This document shows, piece after piece, positions 6,638 to 13,153 of a stretch of 13,153 nt of DNA; within the stretch, counting starts at the first letter, position 1, and every line of letters begins with the position of its first letter. A program made the translations under genes and the position numbers. Origin of the DNA: Bacteroidia bacterium (GTDB lineage Bacteria > Bacteroidota > Bacteroidia > Bacteroidales > VadinHA17); assembly GCA_026391215.1 (NCBI GenBank), contig JAPLDX010000035.1:1-13153 (forward strand), given 5' to 3'. The notes under the pieces were generated by a model, which saw only the letters and a list, made by a program, of their open reading frames with translations, searched no databases and was not told the DNA's origin.

Positions 6638-8152
6638 CTAAATTTCATCCCTGAATAAAGTAAATGAAATAGTGTCTGAATCTGCACCTCTTGTGAGCAA
6701 TAATCTTAATCGTATGGTATCAGATAATATTTCATTTGCAAGGATTGACATATCCAGTGTCTTTTTATCATTTTTCATTATTCCGAAAGTATCTGCCGGT
6801 AATCCTGTAACTTCCCATTTTTCAGGCAAATCCGCAATATTTAGTTTATATAATTCCTTATTCCCGGTGACATTTGAAACTGAGACTGACAGCTTGCGTG
6901 CAATGTCTTCCTGTATAAATGGTTCCTGCAAATAATCTAAAATAATTACCCAGTCTGTATTGTGCCTTACTACTCGCCAGGGAGAGAGGTTCCAGAGTTT
7001 TTCCAGTTCATTTTTATCAGGTTTAAGCGATTGCTCCTGGTCAGGCAGCCGTGATTTGCCAGGACCGATAATAACAGGCAAGTCATATCTGGATATTACT
7101 TTTTTAGTCATTTCAACTGTACTGTCGGTTAACTCATCCAGGGTTGCCGGAGCTTTAAATCCCGAAATTGCTACCGTGGCGATTTTATTACCAACAGGTT
7201 TACGCCATTTTTCAGCGATTGCTTTTGTGCCGCCGATAATTCCGAAGATTGAACCCAGTGTAGCGCCTGTGCAATCTGTATCATCTCCGCAACTCACAGC
7301 GATACAGACAGACTTTCCAAAATCATCCTCACCATACAGCCAGCCAATCATAGTAAAGGCAACATTTCTGGGTGCCTGGAACCAGCCCATATCCTCCGTA
7401 TTCCTGATTACTGCCATACGTGCTTCTCTCCAGTCCTTTCCCCCTTTTTTAGCCTCAACTGCAGTACGCACGGCACTGGCAACACGGCAGTCGGGAGGGA
7501 TCATTGACAAACCAAAACTGATCAAACTGTCACGGTTAGATTCTATGAAAGCTGCAGATTCGATCGAGGCAGTAAATATTTCAGCATAGGTTCCTTCGGC
7601 CATGCCATGATCCACGCAGGCATCCTCCCTGGCCATTTCAGCCGCCATCATGGGATTACCCGGGAACAGGCATGCCCAGATTTCTGAGCGGATCCAGGCT
7701 CCATTGCTTTGTTTCCACTTGTCATTATTGAATTCCCCCGATACAGGAGGCATAAGTCCGGCAAGCATGTTTGCCTTTCCTATACCATATTCATTCCAGT
7801 TTACCGGTACATATTTCAGCCAGTACTCCCCAAGTGTGAATGCATCCACATGTGCATTATTTTCCTGCATAGCTTTCAGCCATAGTATCTGAAGATCGAG
7901 ATCATCATTGGCTGCGGGTTCTCCTTCTGACAGCTTTGTATAGAAGGTTATATCATGGACATTGGTATCACCTTCAAATGGCATACCAAGTGTACCTCCG
8001 ATATTTTTCCCCAGCCAGCAGGCATATACCTTATCATGAAAATCATTTTCGTTTATGTATACTTTCTGATCTTTGACACAGGAATGCCATATAAATACAA
8101 GACCGAAAGCCAATAAAAAACAGCCGTGCTTCTTATAGTTAATATTTCGCAT
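6638..8152 (-). CDS. ADP-ribosylglycohydrolase (ARH/DraG-fold) family protein, probable lipoprotein, with a C-terminal Ig/NEW3-like extension
   Basis: Motifs CWLGKNIGGTLGMPFEG, NDDLD (first metal motif, 7901-7909), SNGAWIRSE and GDDTDCTGATLGSIFG (second metal motif, 7271-7288). The signal peptide has a lipobox-like WHS-C25. Confidence 0.9.
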   Translation of the reverse strand: MRNINYKKHGCFLLAFGLVFIWHSCVKDQKVYINENDFHDKVYACWLGKNIGGTLGMPFEGDTNVHDITFYTKLSEGEPAANDDLDLQILWLKAMQENNAHVDAFTLGEYWLKYVPVNWNEYGIGKANMLAGLMPPVSGEFNNDKWKQSNGAWIRSEIWACLFPGNPMMAAEMAREDACVDHGMAEGTYAEIFTASIESAAFIESNRDSLISFGLSMIPPDCRVASAVRTAVEAKKGGKDWREARMAVIRNTEDMGWFQAPRNVAFTMIGWLYGEDDFGKSVCIAVSCGDDTDCTGATLGSIFGIIGGTKAIAEKWRKPVGNKIATVAISGFKAPATLDELTDSTVEMTKKVISRYDLPVIIGPGKSRLPDQEQSLKPDKNELEKLWNLSPWRVVRHNTDWVIILDYLQEPFIQEDIARKLSVSVSNVTGNKELYKLNIADLPEKWEVTGLPADTFGIMKNDKKTLDMSILANEILSDTIRLRLLLTRGADSDTISFTLFRDEI

Positions 8153-8177
8153 GGGTAAGAAGGTTAAGGTTAGATTG

Positions 8178-8185
8178 TAAAGTTA
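8178..8185 (-). promoter_or_regulatory. Possible -7 box variant (TAACTTTA) upstream of the ARH gene
   Basis: One mismatch to TAnnTTTG, preceded by a T-run, 25 nt upstream of the ATG at 8152. The identical octamer lies upstream of the ankyrin gene. Confidence 0.4.
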
Positions 8186-8252
8186 AAAAAAGTATAATTT
8201 CCTAACTGCCCTGTACCATGAAAAGCACCAGAAAACAGTTTCAGATTCCGGA

Positions 8253-8852
8253 TTAGAGCTCCTCGATAACCAGATTGCGCCATCTTACCTTTATTCCTCC
8301 ACCGTCATGGATCTGGAGTGCTATGGAACCATTAGCTTTTCCAATCTTTTCATCACTGAAGTCAACCATGGGTTCTCCGTTTAGCCAGGTTTGTACCCTG
8401 TCGCCTGTAACTTTTAACCTCAGTTTATTCCACTCTCCCGGTTTCAGAATATTTTCTTTTTCTTCTTCTATCTGTTTAAGCCATCCACGACCGTACGATT
8501 CATAAATACCTCCTGTATCATTTCCCTGAGGTGCAACTTCGCATTGCCAGCCCGAAATTTTAGTGCCTTCAATTGTTGAGCGGAAGAATACTCCGCTGTT
8601 GCCATTTGCCTCCTGCCTGAACTCAAGGGTGAGATCGAAGTCCTTATAGAATTTTTCGGTGGCAAGGTATCCGTATTCTTTATCCGGACCACTTTCACAA
8701 AGGAGCTGGCCATCCTCCACATACCATTTTTCGGTCCCATAGACTTTCCATCCGGTTAAGTCTTTCCCATTAAAAAGGGACTCTTTTTTCTGCGGAGAAC
8801 AAAAGCTTGACAGAAGTAATAGCACTAAGATTAATAACAGACTTTTTTTCAT
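8253..8852 (-). CDS. DUF1080 / 3-keto-disaccharide hydrolase family exported protein
   Basis: Signal peptide, then the canonical DUF1080 motifs LFNGKDLTGW, W.VEDG, DFDLTLEF, NGNSGVFFR, TGGIY, GEWN, WLNG and GSIALQIHDGG..VRWRNL. Confidence 0.93.
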   Translation of the reverse strand: MKKSLLLILVLLLLSSFCSPQKKESLFNGKDLTGWKVYGTEKWYVEDGQLLCESGPDKEYGYLATEKFYKDFDLTLEFRQEANGNSGVFFRSTIEGTKISGWQCEVAPQGNDTGGIYESYGRGWLKQIEEEKENILKPGEWNKLRLKVTGDRVQTWLNGEPMVDFSDEKIGKANGSIALQIHDGGGIKVRWRNLVIEEL

Positions 8853-8912
8853 TGGTTTTTGAGATTTTTAAGTTGAGCAGGATTTTATAAATTCATTTAT
8901 TCTGGCACTTTT

Positions 8913-10211
8913 CTATTTAGTAAGCAGCAATTTAATATCAGGGTTTCCTGCGTAGTCAAAAGCTGTTTTAGACTCATTATCTTTCAGGTCAGGATTTGCA
9001 CCTTTTTCCAGAAGCAGTTTGACGACTTCTGTATGTCCATTAACTGAAGCAGCCATCAGGTCGGTGAATCTGGCTGTTTTCTCCAGGTTGAATTTCGCTC
9101 CTTTTTTTAGCATCACCTTTACGATTTCAATATGTCCGCTCCGGGAAGCGCGTATAAAAGCAGTAGCTTTATTATAATTTTCATTTAAATTTGAGTTCGC
9201 TTCCCTGCGTCTGTTAAGCTTAACAGCTTCAAGGTTTCCGTTTTGTGAAGATGTGATGGTGGCAGTAACCTGTTCATTGTCAAAAGAATCCGGTTTCAAT
9301 GCATTATCAAGCAGTGTCTTTAAGGTCCCTGCAAGTTCTTCACTGGCATTTATTAACAGGGCGCTGGTGCCGTCAGATTCATGCAAATCCGGTTTTGCTC
9401 CATTTTCAAGCAACATTTTTACTACATCCGTATGTCCGTTCAGTGAAGCCAGGAACAGGGCATTTGAACCATCAGTACATTTTAAATTGATGTCAGCGCC
9501 ATGATCAAGCAACAATTTTATGTATTCAGCGTGACCATTCAGGGAAGCTGTCATCAGAGCAGTTAATCCTCCCTTATCCTGCAGGTCGGGATCAGCTCCT
9601 TTGTCGAGCAATAACCTTGCAGCATCAGTATACCCTGAGAGGGAAGCCTGGATCAGCGCTGTCGTCCTGCTGCTGAGATCCTGCATATCTGTCTGCGCTC
9701 CTCTTTCGAGCAACAATCTGACAACCTCTGTGTATCCGTTCTGGGCTGCCAGCATAAGTGATGTGTATCCGTCGAATGACTGAAGATTTATATTCGATCC
9801 GTTATCGAGAAGAATTTCCACAATTTCTGTATGTCCGTTCTGGGCCGCCATCATAAGGGCAGTTAATCCGTCAATTTCCTGCATATCCAGGACAAATCCT
9901 TTTTCCAGTAATAGTTTTACTATCCTGGTATGACCGTTATAGGCAGCGTACATGGCAGCAGTTGCACCATCTAATGACTGCAGGTTGGGATCTGCTCCCC
10001 GTCTGAGCAAAATCCTGCATGCAGAAGTATACCCGCTTGTAGCCGAATGCATCAATAGAGTCCTGTCATACGTGTCGGTGTAATCAACATTGTCAATACT
10101 TCTTGCCAATTCCAGTATTATAAAGAGATCATTTTCTCCCTGAGCCTGTATTTCACCCGGACAGATCAGCAGTAAATAAGCAATTAATGCAATCTGAAAT
10201 ACTGTTTTCAT
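8913..10211 (-). CDS. Secreted ankyrin-repeat protein (about 11 full repeats plus a terminal partial repeat)
   Basis: Sec signal ending IQA|Q. Tandem 33-34 aa repeats of the type DGLTALMMAAQNGHTEIVEILLDNGSNINLQ span about 10070 to 8922. Confidence 0.95.
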   Translation of the reverse strand: MKTVFQIALIAYLLLICPGEIQAQGENDLFIILELARSIDNVDYTDTYDRTLLMHSATSGYTSACRILLRRGADPNLQSLDGATAAMYAAYNGHTRIVKLLLEKGFVLDMQEIDGLTALMMAAQNGHTEIVEILLDNGSNINLQSFDGYTSLMLAAQNGYTEVVRLLLERGAQTDMQDLSSRTTALIQASLSGYTDAARLLLDKGADPDLQDKGGLTALMTASLNGHAEYIKLLLDHGADINLKCTDGSNALFLASLNGHTDVVKMLLENGAKPDLHESDGTSALLINASEELAGTLKTLLDNALKPDSFDNEQVTATITSSQNGNLEAVKLNRRREANSNLNENYNKATAFIRASRSGHIEIVKVMLKKGAKFNLEKTARFTDLMAASVNGHTEVVKLLLEKGANPDLKDNESKTAFDYAGNPDIKLLLTK

Positions 10212-10276
10212 AAATCCTTTCTTTATAGACCTATAATCGTTATTTCTGTTAAAGTTCCATTACTCAATAGCAACAA

Positions 10277-10284
10277 TAAAGTTA
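10277..10284 (-). promoter_or_regulatory. Possible -7 box variant (TAACTTTA) for the ankyrin gene and leftward gene run
   Basis: Plus-strand TAAAGTTA, 65 nt upstream of the ATG at 10211, in the divergent intergenic region. Confidence 0.4.
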
Positions 10285-10347
10285 TAAAAAATGTCGGGAT
10301 TTAAGACGTCCGGTTTTTGCACCAGGCATTTTCTTTATGTCCGATCC

Positions 10348-10380
10348 CTTGTTTCTTTTTTCTTGTTAATTTTATCTTTG
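10348..10380 (+). promoter_or_regulatory. Bacteroidota primary-sigma promoter (-33/-7) of the DUF5916 gene
   Basis: Perfect -7 box TATCTTTG at 10373-10380 and CTTG at 10348-10351 with a 21-nt spacer, 28 nt upstream of the ATG at 10409. Confidence 0.7.
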
Positions 10381-10408
10381 TATTTAAACCCGCCATCACT
10401 TTCCTTCT

Positions 10409-12442
10409 ATGAGAGTTCTCACCTTCTCCCTTCTGACCGGCCTCATTTTTGCCTTGTCCACCACGGTATTATACGCCCAAAAATCGTTGCCTGCTTTTTT
10501 CCTCAAATCTGCGCCGCCTGTCGACGGCCTATTCGAAAAGGAGATCTGGGCGGGCGCTGACAGTGCGTCCGGCTTCATCCAGATGGAACCGCATCCCGGG
10601 GAAGCTGCAACTGAAGCAACATCTGCGTGGTTCGGATTCGATGATAAAAATATTTATGCAGTCATAAAATGTTACCAGGGAACGTCGGTGATCGCCAAAA
10701 ATCAAAGCCGTGATGCCTTGTCAAAGAATGACGATGAGGTTGCACTGATAATAGACACATACAATGATAACCGTACGGGTTACGGCTTCATTGTTAATCC
10801 CCTTGGCACACAGATCGATTTCAGGATAAATGATGACGGCAACAATATCGACCTGAACTGGGACACGGAATGGAAGTGCGCATCAGCCGGATTTAACGGT
10901 GGCTGGTGTACCGAGATAATGATCCCCCTGAACAGTCTGAAATTCAAAAAGGGACCCGGCACATGGGGTGTCAATTTCGGCAGGGTCATTCGTTCAGGTT
11001 TCGAAACAGTTTACTGGACTGGCCCTCTCACTCAGGACTTCAGGATCTCGCAGGGAGGAAAGGTTACAGGCATTAACACCTTGGGCAGGAGAATGCAGCT
11101 GACGCTGTTCCCGTATTTGTCAGTGTTTAAGACTACCGGTGAGAAGGTAAATGCCGATGCCGGCGGAGATATAAAATGGCAGATCTCGCCAAATACTTCA
11201 CTCAACGGAACGATTAATCCCGATTTTGCTACTGTCGAAGCTGACCAGGTGAAGATAAATCTTACCCGGTACGAGCTGAGCTATCCTGAGAAGCGTCTTT
11301 TCTTCCAGGAAGGAAATGAAATGTACAACACCAGGTTTCAGACCTTTTATTCGCGCAGGATACAGGATATCGATTTTGGTGAAAGGTTTAACGGTAAGAT
11401 CGGAGGATATCAGTTCAATGTGGTAAATGTAAGAACACCCAGGATGCCTGAGGATGATGCACACTATTACTTTACCGCTGCCAGGATTAAGCGTGACATC
11501 CTGAATTCATCGAGCCTGGGTCTCACAATGGTCGATAAAAGTGGAGATGATTCATACACAAGATCATTGAGCCTTGATTATATCCTGAACCTTGGCAAAA
11601 CATGGCAGCTTACAGGCCAGTTTGTCGGAAGCGCACCTGGAGATTTCTGGTCGCACAGCGCATGGTTCATGCGTTTTGCCCGTGAGACAAACATATTCAA
11701 TTATCATATAAGGTACAATAATGTGGGAATCGACTTCCGCGATAATGTTAACCAGACAGGTTTTGTCACGGATGATGACCGGCGGGAAATTGATGCAGCG
11801 GGTTCGTATAAATTCTGGATCAAGAACAGCATCTGGGAGTATATTGAGATCGGAACGAATAATAATATATTCTGGAGCCAGTCAGGGACACTGAGGAGCT
11901 GGGATCTCGACAATTCGTTAAATGCCTATTTCAGCAATCGCATAAGCGCCAGCTACAATTATAATAATGAATACAAGTTGTATGAAAAAGGCTTTTATAA
12001 CCACAGTCATGACTTCACCCTGGGTTACAATACAGAGGAATGGAGTCATGTTCAGACCGGCTTTTCAACCGGAAAGAATTTCGACAGGAATTTTTACCTG
12101 TATAGCGGAGGTTTCCAGGTGAAGCCGGTGAAGAGTCTTTCGCTTGAATACAGTTCATCTTACCTGCGCTTCGTACCTGATCCCGACACGAGTTCCACAT
12201 TCATCAATGTGGTAACTGTAAACTATAATTTCACCAATGATATCTGGATCAAGTTATTTGCCCAAAACAGTACCGACAATGAAAGGATTTATGTTTACGG
12301 CCTTTTCGGATGGCGTTTCAAACCGCCTTTTGGTGCACTCTATCTCATTTATTCCCACGACAGGTACAAACTTCCGGAGAGTCCCTTCATATCAGATAGT
12401 TTCTTTCTGAAGATCACATTGCCGATAACAATACTGAAATAG
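10409..12442 (+). CDS. CBM9-like (DOMON-like) plus DUF5916 outer-membrane beta-barrel protein
   Basis: Signal ending LYA|Q. The N-domain has PPVDG...EIW, IIDTYND, F.VNPLG.Q.D, W.TEIMIPL.SL and WGVNFGR. DUF5916 hallmarks are NPDFATVEAD, YPEKRLFFQEG and FYSRRI. The C-terminal half consists of aromatic-rich amphipathic strands. Confidence 0.88.
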   Translation: MRVLTFSLLTGLIFALSTTVLYAQKSLPAFFLKSAPPVDGLFEKEIWAGADSASGFIQMEPHPGEAATEATSAWFGFDDKNIYAVIKCYQGTSVIAKNQSRDALSKNDDEVALIIDTYNDNRTGYGFIVNPLGTQIDFRINDDGNNIDLNWDTEWKCASAGFNGGWCTEIMIPLNSLKFKKGPGTWGVNFGRVIRSGFETVYWTGPLTQDFRISQGGKVTGINTLGRRMQLTLFPYLSVFKTTGEKVNADAGGDIKWQISPNTSLNGTINPDFATVEADQVKINLTRYELSYPEKRLFFQEGNEMYNTRFQTFYSRRIQDIDFGERFNGKIGGYQFNVVNVRTPRMPEDDAHYYFTAARIKRDILNSSSLGLTMVDKSGDDSYTRSLSLDYILNLGKTWQLTGQFVGSAPGDFWSHSAWFMRFARETNIFNYHIRYNNVGIDFRDNVNQTGFVTDDDRREIDAAGSYKFWIKNSIWEYIEIGTNNNIFWSQSGTLRSWDLDNSLNAYFSNRISASYNYNNEYKLYEKGFYNHSHDFTLGYNTEEWSHVQTGFSTGKNFDRNFYLYSGGFQVKPVKSLSLEYSSSYLRFVPDPDTSSTFINVVTVNYNFTNDIWIKLFAQNSTDNERIYVYGLFGWRFKPPFGALYLIYSHDRYKLPESPFISDSFFLKITLPITILK

Positions 12443-12628
12443 ATTAAGAAAGGTTACCATGCACACTGCACCTTGTACTCAGAATTTTTCATCTCACTAT
12501 AAACATTAATTCTCGCAGAAGTGATAGAATAAAATTGATGGTTTTATTTATGATAACCGTGGTCAATATATTCAGGCCAACATAGGTCAAAGTTACTGGC
12601 TTTTCCAATATCCTTTAATTCTTGAATA

Positions 12629-13138
12629 TTACTTATTTAGTGTATTTCTGTAATTTTGAGAATTTTCTTCTAATGTCAATAATTTTTCATTATAAAAATT
12701 TAACATATTTGCTATGTTATCTGTGGAAGGATTTTCTTTTAATTGTTTCTTTAAAATTTTATAAGTCTCATCAAATTTTTGAAGTTCAGATTTGAATTTA
12801 GCCTTTTCTTCTAAATTATTAATAGAATTATAAGTAAGTCGAGTACTTCGATTAATCTGATATTTATAATCATGTTCTGCTTTCCAATATTTTAAAGAAA
12901 TGTGTGACAGGGGAGGACAGATATATGTTCTCCATAAAAGAAAAGATAAAATAAATATAAGTATTGTGGTGATGCCTACTTTTACTAAATAAGGCACAAT
13001 ATTAATTACTTCCTTAAATTTATTTATTAATCTATTTAAGAAATGTTGATTATGATTGGGTTCAGGTTGATATACATCGAACTTATCTTTATTATCTCTA
13101 ATAAATTTTTCTAATTCTTCTTCTTCCCAGTTTTTCAT
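12629..13138 (-). CDS. Single-pass membrane protein, putative ECF anti-sigma factor (Bacteroidota type)
   Basis: N-terminal LEKFIRDNKDKFD..QPEPNH...F.NRL, one TM segment (VGITTILIFILSFLLW) and a helical C-terminal L...DETY..LK..LKENP....I..M...Y..KL..L region. I recall this pattern in proteins encoded directly after ECF sigma genes. The function is inferred. Confidence 0.65.
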   Translation of the reverse strand: MKNWEEEELEKFIRDNKDKFDVYQPEPNHNQHFLNRLINKFKEVINIVPYLVKVGITTILIFILSFLLWRTYICPPLSHISLKYWKAEHDYKYQINRSTRLTYNSINNLEEKAKFKSELQKFDETYKILKKQLKENPSTDNIANMLNFYNEKLLTLEENSQNYRNTLNK

Positions 13139-13153
13139 ATTACTGTATGTCTT

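Noticed and set aside
6672-7892. Three same-frame plus-strand ORFs (87, 209, 80 aa) that look like a broken antisense gene
   Set aside because: They are the codon-aligned antisense shadow of the ARH gene, Ser/Ile/Pro-rich with no motifs.
8216-8230. Third sigma54-like site (TGGTGC-TTTTC-ATGG, minus) upstream of the ARH gene
   Set aside because: The -12 element is a poor match (ATGG), and a primary-sigma-like box lies closer to the start.
8922-10070. About 99-bp periodic DNA similarity suggesting a repeat array or CRISPR
   Set aside because: It is fully explained by diverged ankyrin coding repeats, with no identical repeats separated by unique spacers.
10226-10258. ECF-like GGAACTT ... GTCTA pair upstream of the ankyrin gene (minus)
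   Set aside because: The spacer is about 21 nt, too long for the usual 16-17 nt.
8275-12200. Short ORFs overlapping the DUF1080, ankyrin and DUF5916 genes, including 10291..10560
   Set aside because: Shadow ORFs without motifs. 10291..10560 runs through the DUF5916 promoter and start in another frame.
12528-12548. AATAAAAT-TGATG-GTTTTATT hairpin as terminator between the convergent genes
   Set aside because: The stem is almost all A-U/G-U and too weak to call.
1-13153. Mobile elements, RNA genes, retron/DGR components, recoded stops or programmed frameshifts
   Set aside because: I saw no transposase, integrase or RT motifs, terminal repeats, or tRNA/rRNA-like sequence. The complete CDSs appear full length without internal stops. 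A covariance-model search (Rfam/Infernal) would be needed to exclude small structured RNAs.

Overview
13.2 kb of bacterial DNA with Bacteroidota (probably Bacteroidales-like) hallmarks: TAnnTTTG promoter boxes, A-rich translation starts without Shine-Dalgarno, Gln directly after Sec signal peptides, and DUF4251/DUF5916-type genes. From 10211 leftwards, eight minus-strand genes encode envelope proteins: a secreted ankyrin-repeat protein, a DUF1080 (3-keto-disaccharide hydrolase family) protein, an ADP-ribosylglycohydrolase-family lipoprotein, a tricorn (S41B) protease, a Tat-exported DUF362 protein, a secreted MORN-repeat protein, a DUF4251 protein and, after an intrinsic terminator, the 5' end of a secreted protein missing from the ORF track. 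A CBM9-like/DUF5916 outer-membrane protein is transcribed divergently and converges on a very AT-rich anti-sigma-like gene. I see no RNA genes, CRISPR array, integrase, transposase or reverse transcriptase. The best leads are a LarA-like His/Lys/His motif in the Tat-exported DUF362 protein, two matching sigma54-like promoters, and a possible SusC/D-independent envelope catabolic cluster. All three are hypotheses, and family calls come from motif recognition, not database searches.
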